Of a DNA stretch of 64,000 nucleotides, positions 48,700-61,624 are shown piece after piece. The notes under the pieces were generated by a model. It did not search any database and was not told where the DNA came from. It saw only the letters and a list, made by a program, of their open reading frames with translations. Source of the stretch: Octopus vulgaris. Its lineage: Eukaryota. Where the stretch lies: assembly GCA_951406725.2 (NCBI GenBank), contig OX597824.1, positions 86,552,001 to 86,616,000 on the forward strand. The letters are read 5' to 3'. A program made the position numbers and the translations under genes. Each line of letters starts with the position of its first letter. Within the stretch, counting starts at the first letter, position 1.

Positions 48700-49618
48700 G
48701 ATCATATATGCATATATATATATACATATAAATACATATATATATGCAAATAAATACATATATATATGCAAATAAATACATATATATATGCAAATAAATA
48801 CATATGTATATATATATATATACATATATATACTCATACCTAAACATACATAATTACATACATATATATATATATATATACACATAATTACATACATATA
48901 TATATATATATATATACACATACCTAAACATACATAAAAACATACATATATATATATATATATATATACACATACCTAAACATACATAAATACATACATA
49001 TATATATATATATACACATACCTAAACATATATATATATATATATACATACATATATACACATACCTAAACATACATATATATATACATACATACATACA
49101 CACACATATATATATATGTGTGTGTATGTATATATATAATAGAAATATGTTACAAAAAGAAAATAGAAACTACACGTGGAAATGTAAGGGGAAAGTAAGA
49201 ACATTGTAAATCAGGAAAAGTACAGGTTTTTTATGAAAAGTAACGAAAGATATACACAATTAGATGTACTGAGGTAGGAATAAAAGTCATTATTTTGAAT
49301 TGTTAAAGAGATTCAAGCATACCAGTTTCGTAAGTTACTAATCATTCTCAGGGACTATTAGACCTGACACCGTCCATTAATCGGTGTGCATCCAAAGCAA
49401 TGAATATTAGTATTCAAAGCAATGATTAGTAAGTTACGAAACCGGTTGGCTTGAATCTCTATAATAATCTCACAATAATGACTTTTATTCCTACCTCAGT
49501 TCATCTAATTGTGTATATCTTTCGTTACTTTACATAAAAAACCTGTACTTTTTTTGATTTACAATGTGTATTTTTGTTGATTTTTCTTACTCCCCCCCCC
49601 CATATATATATAGATAAC

Positions 49619-49656
<38 letters not shown>

Positions 49657-50868
49657 TATATACTTGTGTATATTTATATATATATATACATACATTGTGT
49701 GTATATATATACATACATACTTATGTATATACATATATACCATAATATAGACATGTCTATATAGAAATATATATATATATACATGTGTACATAGATATAT
49801 ATATATATACATATATATTTTTGTATATAGATATATATACATACACATATGTTGAGGCGCGTGGCTTAGTGGTTAGGGTGTCAGCATCATGAGCGTAAGA
49901 TTGTGGTTTCGATTCCGGGACCAGGCGTCGTGTTGTGTTCTTTAGCAAAACACTTCATTTCATATTGCTCCAGTCCACTCAGCTGGCAAAAATGAGTAAC
50001 GCTGTGAAGTACTGGCGTCCCATCGAGCTGGGGAATACATACACCACAGAAACCGGGAAACTGGGCCCATGAGCCTGGCTAGGCTTTAAAAGGGCGCATT
50101 TATTATTATTTATATATATATATATGTGTGTGTGTATATATATATATATATAGTGTAATAAATAAAATATATGCATACATACAAACATATATGTAAACAA
50201 TTATGTGTAGCAGAAAAACGAAGTACAGGACATGCTACACAAGGAAAAAATCCCCTTCATCAGCTGTCGCTAGCAGACACGTGTTTCGAAGGCAAGACAG
50301 AACACGTAAGGTCAAGCTAGGCCTTCCTACGAGAGAATTAAAATAAAATAAACTCGTAGAGGGGTAAACGAGCGAGAAAAAATGTAACACAAAAAGGGAC
50401 GTAACAAGGAACTGCACAAAAAATACATACAAGAAAAAAATAATACAAAATTAAAGATATATACATATATGTATATATATACATACATACATACACCTAT
50501 ATATATATATACATATATATATATACATACATATATATATATACATATATATATATACATACATATATATATATACATACATACATATACATACATACAT
50601 ATACATATATATACATACATATACATACATATACATACATATACATACATACATATACATATATATACATACATATACATACATACATATATATATATGC
50701 ATACATATATATATGCATACATACATATATATACATACATACATATATATACATACATACACATATATGCATACATACATACACATATATGCATACATAC
50801 ATACACATAGATACATACATACATATATATATACATACATATATACATACATACACATATATATATAC

Positions 50869-50899
<31 letters not shown>

Positions 50900-50900
50900 A
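48700..50900. repeat. (TA)n/(TACA)n microsatellite fields (48700-49140, 49600-49850, 50455-50900; also 53420-53790)
   Basis: Directly visible low-complexity sequence. Confidence 0.95.
49201..49567. repeat. Fold-back inverted repeat (~145-bp arms)
   Basis: acattgtaaatca...gtaacgaaagatatacacaattagatg is inverted at 49421-49567. Confidence 0.92.
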
Positions 50901-51738
50901 TGTAAAATTATATTTTGGTCATGTCAGTCTGCTGTGTGTGTGGGTGTTACACTGCACATTATCTTCAGGCAAGTTACCTACAGTGAAAACTGCACCTACA
51001 GTGAAAACTCGGATTATGAAATGACTGACTTGACCAAAATAAAACTTTATTAATCTCTACTATTGTTTCTTGTACTCCTCTTTTCAACACTAAATATGAA
51101 AACATAAGTTTGTGTATGTATATATATAATTTGAAGTGTTAAATATTATATATTCATTATGGCCAATCTTACTAGTCAGTTTCGCACTAAGGATTGAACT
51201 GAGTGTTAGATAACAGCTTGATGATGTAATCCTGTACTCTTCAGAGATGGCAGTTATGGAATATGAATATATGCATATATATAAACACGCACATACATTA
51301 GGTGTACACACTGAAGGAAAGGAACGGAACAAACCTGATGATTTGATCTATTGTTAATCCAGGTTTCATACACATATATACATACCATACATATATGTGT
51401 GTGCGTGCACCTGTATCCATATTTGTGTTTACAATCTAAAAGCTGGGGTAGTTTATGCTAGAGCATGTTTTATGTCCTGTAACATAGCAGTTTGACAAAT
51501 AGAAATCAATGCAATAAATATCTGATTGAAACATGTACTTGGGTCGATATTATTGCTGAAACCCCTGAAGGTGGTGCCCCACCAGCCTTGTCACAGTCCA
51601 TTGTCTTAAAGCAGTAAAATAAAAGAATATATACATATATTTATATAAATAAGGATAAGATCGTTAATTTAAAAATAAAATAACGATTTTATCAAGTGGT
51701 CAGCATGGAAAAAATAACCTTCAAAAGTAATAATTATT

Positions 51739-52026
51739 AAAATTATAAATTAGGGCATCTACGAGATACCACCATGCTGAAAATAGCAGCCATGACTCTA
51801 AAACCACCTTAATTATCCATATATCAACACGGAGACAAAACAAAGACACAAGATGAAACTAGTAAAAAATTGCAAAGTCAGAAACCCGGGATCTAGAATT
51901 ATCCAGTAATTTTTTACTAGTTTCATCTTGTGTCTTTGTTTTGTCTCCGTGTTGATATATGGACAATTAAGGTGATTTTAGAGTCAGAGCATGGTGGTAT
52001 CTCGTAGATACCCTAATTTATAATTT
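51739..52026. repeat. Fold-back inverted repeat (~125-bp arms)
   Basis: atatatcaacacggagacaaaacaaagacacaagatgaaactagtaaaaaatt is exactly inverted at about 51908-51960. Confidence 0.92.
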
Positions 52027-55000
52027 ATATTCATATATATATATATATATACACACATATATATTATTAATATTAAATAATACAAGGACAAAGTGTCTTG
52101 AAAAATTAACTATAAATATCAATAAACAGTAAGCATCCTATTAAATAGATATACATGATGTAATCAAATAATTTTAAAATTCAACAAAATTTTAAAAAAA
52201 ACTTAAAATCAATTTTTCACTTCAAAAATCTTGCGTATTAAAACATGTATAGAAAAATATTTATAGTTAATAAATTACTAGAAATATAATTTTTCTATTG
52301 TTTAAAGTTTTTGTTTTGGGGTTTTTTGGGGTTTTTTTTTTTACTTTTACTTTTTTTTTTAAATCTCCACTGCATCTAAGAAGCAGATGACAAGATTTAG
52401 TCATTTTCAACTTCAATTCCTCTTCCCCATCATACTAAAATTTTAAGGTGAGTTTGATGATTAATTAATTTCTTACACAGACGCAAAGTTTTATTAGGGA
52501 TTACGGGACATTTCGGCACAGCCCTTTAGGCACTTCCTATTTGGCTTGGCTGATTTGAGACTGAGGCTTTTCTCATTCTGGTGTTTCTATTCTCATGTTG
52601 CTCACATTCTCTCTCCTTCTCTCTGTGAGCATATTTTTCTTTATGTACAAGGAGAGGGGGAGGTGTTTATGTCAGTTGTGTTCAATTAATAATTAATAAA
52701 TTGTAATGTCTCTCTCTCTCTCTCCTTCTTCCCCCTCTCTTGCACTTGCTCACTAATTATCTTTCCATGTGTATGTTTTTGTGTGCATATGTGTGTATGT
52801 GGAGGCGCAATGACCCAGTGGTTAGGGCAGCGAACTCGCGGTCGTAGGATCGCGGTTTCGATTCCCAGACCGGGTGTTGTGAGTGTTTATTGAGCGAAAA
52901 CACCTAAAAAGCTCCACGAGGCTCTGGCAGGGGGTCATGGCGATCCCTGCTGTACTCTTTCACCACAACTTTCTTCTGTTGGCCTGCTTGCTTAGCCAGC
53001 GGGGTGGCGTCATTTGGAGGCTAAAACAAAGCGAAGCACATTGTGACCAGCGATGTGTAGCAACATCTGATAGCCTGGTCAGTCACGGTGATCATGGTGA
53101 TGTGTGTACGTATTCGCCTTCAGTGCCACAAAGTACTGTAGTTGAAACAGGTTCAATGTCCAGTCTGCTATGCCAAGTCCCCAGCCCCCAAACAGCAATG
53201 CCTAGTCATCCCATTCTGCTTATTACACAAGAGGAGTTATATTTTAATGTTTGTGCTACACACACACACACACATATAACCTAATGTTGGAGAATTCGCA
53301 CCTATTTCAATGCTAATGAAAACAGCACCAAACATTATATATTTCCTTTCCCTAATAAGACATTGTGTTTGTCTAAGAAATAAACTCACATTAAACCTTA
53401 GCAGATTCAGCTAGCCAGAGTTTACATATACATACCCATATATATATATATGTGTGTGTGTATGTATGTATGTATATATGTATATATATATATATTTACA
53501 TATATATGTATATATACATATATATATATATGTATGTATATATATATGTATGTATATATATATATGTGTATTTATGTATATATATATGTATATATATATG
53601 TGTGTATTTATGTATATATATATATATGTATTTATGTATATATATATATATACACATGCATATATTTATGTATATATATATATATACACATGCATATATA
53701 TATATGCACATGCATATATATATATATATATATGCACATGCATATATATATATATATATGATAAATCTCTGAACGAGGTATATATGTATATACACGCACT
53801 CTATAGTGCTTTCAAACCAGTGTTAAATTGTTGATTGCAGTAAAAATTTAAATGTTTAATTTTTGCTGGTGAAAGCTGAGAATTTAAGAAAATAATCAAA
53901 ACTAATATATGATAGGTGGTAAATTCAGAAATCGTTTTGAAAAAAATTCATTCAAACAAAATTTTAAAATTCATTACAATTATTTCCTAGGTTTGTCCTA
54001 GGAAATCAGTTGACAAGTTTGAGATCAAAGATTTCATTTTCAACAATGAAAAACTACAAATTACTTACTAATAAAAAGGTTTTTACCAGTATAAAGAGAG
54101 AAAATAATTGACTCGGCAGCAACTTTAGAAACAACAATTTTTGTTGAAGTGAAATAAGGAATGAGAAGAAGCAATTCAAACTACTAATTCCTGCTCAAAA
54201 GATACATTTAAAAAAACTTTTAAGGTAAAAAACCCTTGTGTTTATAAGAAAAATTGTGATGCTCATTACTTTTTAAATTGCATTAATAGCTTGAGTGAAG
54301 TGAAATAACTTCAACAATAGATTTTAAATAAGACTAAGAATTTTGCTTGCTATGAACCTACTGTTTTTTGGGGGTTTTTTTTACCAAATTTTTAATATAT
54401 TATTGAGTTAACTTCACTTCAACATTTATTATTTGGTATCAGAATTTGGTGAGGAAAATTTCAACATCAAATAATAAATGTTTAAGTGGAGTTAACAGTC
54501 TGTTGTGTGCTTTTGGACAGGTATTATGTGTCTTTCATCCTGTAAATGTTTTAGTTTCAACACACAACCTCAGATGGAATCATTTGCCAGACAAGTACAT
54601 CTCCGGAAATAATGACAGTTGATATCAGCCAAAACAGGAATCATGGCTGACTAGGTCCTTTATAGGTAACATATAAGATGCATTATTAAGAATTAAAGGT
54701 TTTATTGAATAATAAATCCTTCAAGTAATTCATTGCTTTCAATGAAGACAAGTTGAAAACAGTTGCTAACATTAAAAGAAAACCTAGCAACCTATTCAGA
54801 AAAGCATTTATTTTAACTTTTAGCACACTTTGGTGCATCATGTCACCGTATGAGTTATTGCTGCTGCAGCTGCATTGTGTCACATTGAGAAGGGACAAAA
54901 CTTATATGGCAACATGATGCACCTACAGCATGCTAAAGGTTAATAGAATAGAAACCAAAAATGATTACTGATCCTATCGGCTTTTATTTATGACAGCTTA

Positions 55001-55644
55001 TGATGGGATTATTTCAGACTGGTCTCATCTATAAGTGGTTTGTAACAGATAAAAAAAACCAGATCTCTTTTCATAATACTTAAATGAGAACACGACACCT
55101 GATGATGAAAAACATATAAGGCATGAAGCTAATTCTTACAATAAAGCCATTTTTCCAGAGTTCAAAACAACATATAAAGCTTTGCTTTTTAGATGCAATT
55201 CTAAGACCATAGTTTAAACCATAACATTATAATAAATGAGTTCTTCTTCCTCTTTAAACTAAATTTCAATTCTGAATAAAATATTGAATTCTTACATTGG
55301 TTCTAATCCACAAATTGTAAGGAGGGTGTGCGACTGATTGGATCAACTCCAGAACAATACTGATTTCAAATTTTGGCACAAGGCCAGCAATTTCAGGGAA
55401 GGGAGTAAGTCGACTGCATCGACCCCAGTGTTCAACTGGTACTTATTCTATTGATCTTGAAAGGATGAAAGGCGAAGTCAACCACAGCAGAATTTGAATT
55501 CAGAGTGTAATGATGGACAAACTGCAACTAAGCATTTTGCATGGCGTGCTAAAGGTTCTGCCAGCTCACTGCTTTAACCTCCAGAACAATATTAGCAGTT
55601 ATTTTATCCACCCTTATAGGATTTGAACTAATAATATAAAGGGA

Positions 55645-55786
55645 CTAGCAGTATAACCCGGTTTTTGCCCGGGATTAAGTTAGGATTAAGCTAATCAAGT
55701 TCTTTATTTCAAACCAAACTAAGTAACATTGACGTCAACTTTGGGCGAAATCCCTTGAAATTGGTTTATATATATATGTGTGTATG

Positions 55787-55833
<47 letters not shown>

Positions 55834-56242
55834 ATATATATGGGCAACACACACACACATGTATGTACGTACACCTATTGCATACATGTTCGTGTGTGTG
55901 TATTGCCCGTATATCAACGAAACACTTTTTTCTCGATGGATAAAAAAAAAACAACAAAAGTCTAAACAAAAACTTACTCGTCGCTAGAAGGGGACTTAAC
56001 TCCTGTTTGCAAACGATGGTGATTTCACCGACTTGAAAATTGTTAAAAGTTTTGGTTGAAAATTTATTTTTACTGCTATTCGCTGGTGCCTCTGGGGGAA
56101 AATAAGCTGACGAAAATACAGCTAGGGTCATGATGAATGTCCTCCTAAAATTGGAGCGAAATGTGTGCTAATTTGTGGACGTGCATAAATTACATTCATG
56201 TACACACACACACACACACCTCCTGCCTTTCATATATACAGA
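55645..56242 (-). mobile_element. Non-autonomous Helitron-like element (different family, internal microsatellite)
   Basis: Minus strand reads TC start ... cccgggcaaaaaccggg hairpin ... CTAG|T. Confidence 0.7.
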
Positions 56243-56557
56243 TATAACTAAATGCTGTCAAAGCTTCCTATTATTTGTGTCATTCAGCTTTATTTCTAAA
56301 TAGAAAATTCATAGTTTATAACTTGGAACACATTAGAGTTAGCATTTTACATAAATATGTTGACAATACAAATACTAACAATAAATTTGTAAAAAATAGG
56401 AGTGGCTGTGTGGTAAGTAGCTTGTTTACCAAACACATGGATCCAGGTTCAGTCCCACTGCGTGGCACCTTGGGCAAGTGTCTTCTACTATAGCCTCGAG
56501 CCAACCAAAGCCTTGTGAGTGGATTTGGTAGACGGAAACTGAAAGAAGCCCATCGTA

Positions 56558-56602
<45 letters not shown>

Positions 56603-57512
56603 ATATGTTTGTGTGTCTGCGTTTGTCCCCCCACAACATCACTTGACAACCGATGCTGGTGTGTTTACGTCACTTTAACTTAGCGGTTCGGCAAAAGAGA
56701 CCGATAGAATAAGTACTAGGCTTACAAAGAATAAGTCCTGGGGTCAATTTGCTCGACTAAAGGCGGTGCTCCAGCATGGCCACAGTCAAATGACTGAAAC
56801 AAGTAAAAGAGTAAATGTAATTTTTTAGCTGATTGTTTTTTTTTTTAATTAAAACTTCAAAATTGTATAAATGGAATTTACTTGTATGTGTTTAATTAGA
56901 GCCGCCATATGACTGGAAATATACATTAACCTTAGCCCAATTTCCACTCTAAGCTAACAAACACCTCATCTTCTTGGCATTCCATCAATTATCTATTATC
57001 CAGAAATAGTAACAATATTGTTTAATCAAACCAGAATATTGGCTAAACTATGTTGAAACTAATAGCACACTTTGGTCTTGGCCAAAAGGCTGGGAAGTGC
57101 TTGGAACTAATAGTAACAATATAGCTTAATCATGTGAATATTATGATTAAATCATATTGTTACCGTTATTTTTCTAGATATGGTTCATCGGTTTCATTCA
57201 TGCAGTGCTAGAAAGAGAGACTAGAAACTGACTTACTCCAACATTTAAGACAATAACAATTTATTTATATAGTGAGACTACGTTGATAAAATCACTGAAT
57301 GTGATTAGCAAAGAGGAGATGCTTGGCACTCCTGAGAACAGTACTTATGTCTAAATTTACTGAAAATAAGTATTGAAAGCAAAAATTCCCAAATTTAGAA
57401 CATCCATCCCTGCCTATAGTTTTCCTTAAAGATGTTCAAGTTGAGTGGCAATCATATCATCCTCACCAGTTTAGGAGAGCCAGCTCATTTGATTAACTTG
57501 ATACAAATTTAA

Positions 57513-58190
57513 CCCTTTCGTTACCAACCCGGCTGAAACCACCTCTGGCTCTGAGTACAAATGTTTTGTTTTCATGAGTTTTGAATTAAAATCTTCCACC
57601 AAACCTTAGTCACAATTTATGTTCCTAACACTAGCTGAATGATAACTAAGTTATTTGACTAAATTTTTTGTTATATTTAAAAATAATTGAAAGACACACA
57701 GAGGATCTCAAATGGCTGAAACTGGCTCTGGCTTTGTAGTACAAATGTTTTGTTTTCATAAGTTTTGAATTAAAATCTTCCACCAAACCTTAGTCACAAT
57801 TTATGTCCCTAATACTTAATGATAACCAAGTTATTTTACTAAATTCTTTGTTATATTTAAAATTAATTGAAAGAAGTCCAGAGCATCTCAACAGAAATAT
57901 GGGAACAAAAGGGTTAAAAGCACTCATGCTGGTGCCATGTAGAAGGCACTAGTGATGGTGCCACATTAACCCTTTTGATACCAACCCGCCTGAAACCAGC
58001 TCTGGTTCTGTAGTACAAATGTTTTGTTTTCATAAGTTTTGAATTAAAATCTTCCCCCAAATCTTAGTCACAATTTATGTTCCTAACACAAGCTTAATGA
58101 TAACTAAGTTATTTTACTAAATTCTTTGTTATATTCAAAGTAATTGAAAGCGCCACAGAGCATCTCAAAATAAATACGGTAACGAAAGGG
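57513..58190. mobile_element. Two TTAA-MITE family B copies (57513-57913 with two internal units; 57970-58190 with one unit)
   Basis: TTAA|CCCTTT...AAAGGG|TTAA termini and a shared ~180-bp core (aaaatcttccaccaaaccttagtcacaatttatgttcctaacactagc). Confidence 0.82.
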
Positions 58191-59562
58191 TTAATGAAAT
58201 TGGATAATAACTGATAATCAAATAAGCTAATGATTCTGAATGCAAATCCTGCCAAGGACAATTAATTAATTAAATTAAGTTATTTAGATAGTAATACATA
58301 TAAAGATGTCAATTTGCTCTTTACAATCAGAAGCTTCTATGAAGCCATGTGGCTTAACGGCTAGAATATCCGGTACATGATCAAAAGATCATGAGCTCAA
58401 ATACCGGTGGTGCACTGTGTCGTTGAGCAAGACACTTTATTTCGCATTGCTACAGTCCACTCAGCTGGCAAAAGTGAATGACCCTGCAATGGACTGGGGT
58501 TCTGCTCTCTGGGGGTGTTGTGATCTCAGTCACCGGGTAACCGGCCCAATGAGTTCTAGAGATAGAACTCATAGTAATGTTGAGGTAGTAATTGTCCAGG
58601 GCTTGATGATGATGATGTTTTGAGATCATATTGAATGATTAAGAAAAATAAAATACGGGCCATTCCCCACGGCAACGCCATCACAATCATGACTGTGGGG
58701 CACAGCTGAGCACGCCACTTGTTCTTGTGAGTGTGGCTCATTACCCCCTCCTCCTCCCCCTTCTGCTGTTACCACCCCACCCCACCCCACTTTTTTTTCT
58801 CTTTCTATTTCTTCGTTTTTTTTAGTATTTAAATCTTATTAATAACATTCTGACAAGGTGAGTAATTATTTAAGCCATAACATGATAAAAGTTTTAGAAC
58901 GCAGTTCACCATAATTTTTTGCATACATATAAGGTGGGGAGTGGGGGTCAGTACACCCTTAATGTCCAGCTGTTGTTTGTTTTGGTTTTTTTTAGAAGGA
59001 TTCATGGAACAGAACTTGATAATAGTTGCAATGGTCAAAAATACCAACATCTACTTAACCCTTTAGCATTCAGTTTATTCTGTCAAACACAATACTTATT
59101 TATCCACAGTTTTTAATTAACCCTATATTATCTTATTATAGCTGTGAGATTTAAATGATGTAATTGTTTATTTTTAGAATGGCATTGTAGGAGAAGTGTG
59201 AAAGACCAGATCCAGCCAGTTTAAACACAAAACAGGCCAGATGTGGCTAGTTTAAATACTAAAGGATTAATATAATGAATTTGCAGACTGGAGGGATGCC
59301 AATTTTATATAGTTTTTAGATTACTAGGCATAGCTGTTGTTTAGCTCCAGATCAAACTTGCTCAAGCAGAAACTATGATCAAGGGCACTCCAGCTATGAC
59401 CATCCTGCTTTTTAGCAGCATATTTAGGAATACAATTGAGAATGGCAGTTGTTGTTTGTGCTTAGCTCCATGTCAGTCCTGACTGAGTCAGCCAATGATG
59501 AAAGTAGTCCAGCCAGGGCTACCAGGCTCACCCCTATTTTTTTTTTTTTTTTTGGTGGGGAG

Positions 59563-60360
59563 AAATCTAAGGTATGGAAAACCGAAGGTACAAGCCACCA
59601 AAAGAAGCAGAAGCTGTTTAAGACATTGGTCCAACCAGGATTACTCTATGGACATGAAAACTGGGAAGTGACAAAAATGGAAGAAAAAGCGAAGGACAGC
59701 TTCTGATTCACATGCTTAAGGAAAATACTCAACATCCACTGGCCGCAAAGAGTCCATAATGATACAAGTGAGATTTTTGTTTGTTCCTTCTCGAGCCACG
59801 CCTGGCTCATAAGGGCCGGTTTCCCGGTTTCCTTGGTGTATAGATTCCCCACCTAGACAGGACACCGATCCGTTGCAGGTGAGCTGCTAGATGCAGGAGG
59901 AAAGAGTGAGAGAAAGTAATGGCGAAAGAGTCAGCAGAAGTTCGCCATTACCTTCTGCCGAAGCCGCGTGGAGCTTAGGGGCTTTGCTCATAAACACACA
60001 CATCACCCAGTCTGAGATTCGAACCCACGATCCCTCGACTGCGAGTCCACTACTCTAACCCCTAGACCATGTGCCTCCATTACAAGTGAGATGACAACAT
60101 GTCAGCAAGACACAGACTCCGGAACTGGATTGGACACATCCTCAGACAAGATTGACAAAGTGACTGCATGGAGGCACTAAAGCAGCAGCCTGAGATTCAA
60201 AGAGCAGCAGGGTGCCCTAAAACCACATGATAAAGGATCATAAACAAGGGAGACAAGGGTAGAGAAGCTCAAATGAGACCAGAACAGTGGCAGAAAACAG
60301 AGCTGGTTAGAGAGATCATGTTGTAGCCTTATGTGCCTCGTGGCATGGAGAGAACTAACT
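59563..60360 (+). mobile_element. RTE LINE fragment interrupted by an antisense SINE (59775-60080)
   Basis: KLFKTLVQPGLLYGHENW...CLRKILNIHWP...WIGHILR; 12-bp TSD tacaagtgagat at 59763-59774 and 60081-60092. Confidence 0.8.
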
Positions 60361-61218
60361 AATCTAAGAAGAAATTACTGAATGTGTGTGTACTTTAAGC
60401 TGATGGAACATGGTTGCGAAAATCTGCCTGCTATTTCTAGCAGGTCAAGCAATCATGTAGAGGCTTCTTCATTAGCTCGTGGTAGTATGGTGGTAGTAGA
60501 TTATAAGGCGGTGAGCTGGCAGAAACGTTAGCACGCCGGGTGAAATGCTTAGCGGTATTTCGTCTGCCGCTACATTCTGAGTTCAAATTCCGCTGAGGTC
60601 GAGTTTGCCTTTCATCTTTTTGGGGTCAATTAAATAAGTACCAGTTACGCACTGGGGTCGATATAATCGACCTAATCTGTTTGTCTGTCCTTGTTTGTTC
60701 TCTCTGTGTTTAGCCCCTTGTGGGTAGTAAAGAAATAGATATTAGAAGATTATAGAGTTACAGCTAATTGAATCAGTCATGGAGTTGGTAGTCTGCATCG
60801 CATCATTGGTGCAATACAGAGTTCCTCATAGAGTCAGATGTAAATAGCTACAATTCAAGCGTGATCGTTACCTGCGTCGCCTTACTAGCACTTGTGCTGG
60901 TGACACGTGAAAAAAACATTCGAGCGAGGTCGTTGCCAGTGCTGTTCGACTGGCTACTGTGCAGGTGGCAGATAAAAAGCACCATTTGAGCGTGGCCATT
61001 GCCAGTACTACCTAACTGGCCCTCGTACCGGTGGCATGTAAAAGCACCCACTAAACTCTCGGAGTGGTTGGTGTTAGGAAGGGCATCCAGCTGTAGAAAC
61101 TCTGCCAGATCAGATTGGAGTTAAATAGTCATATTTAAAGGCAATAAATATTCAGTTTTCATTACAAATTTTCTTTTGATTTTCAACTACAAAAAACACA
61201 CAAAAATGAGGCAATAAA

Positions 61219-61624
61219 CCTCTTATCGATACCAACCTGGCTGAACCACCTGTGGATCTGTAGTACAAATGTCTTGTTTTCATAAGTTCTGAATTAAAAT
61301 CTTCCACTAAACCTTAGTCACAATTTATGTTCCTAACACTAGCTTAATGGTAACTAAGTTATTTTACTAAATTCTTTGTTATATTTAAAATTAATTGAAA
61401 GAAACACAGAGCATCTCAAATGGCTGAAACCAGCTCTGGCTCTGTAGTACAAATGTCTTGTTTTCATAAGTTCTGAATTAAAATCTTTCACCAAACTTAA
61501 GTCACAATTTATGTTCCTAACACTAACTGAATGATAACTAAGTTATTTTTACTAAATTCTTTGTTATATTTAAAATTAATTGAAAGAAACAGAGCATCTT
61601 AAAATAAATATAGTAATGAAAGGG
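61219..61624. mobile_element. TTAA-MITE family B copy with two internal units
   Basis: Same core; ends in AAAGGG|TTAA. Confidence 0.8.

Noticed and set aside
48694-55987. Many YIYI/CVCV-type ORFs
   Set aside because: Translations of (TA)n, (TG)n and (TACA)n microsatellites.
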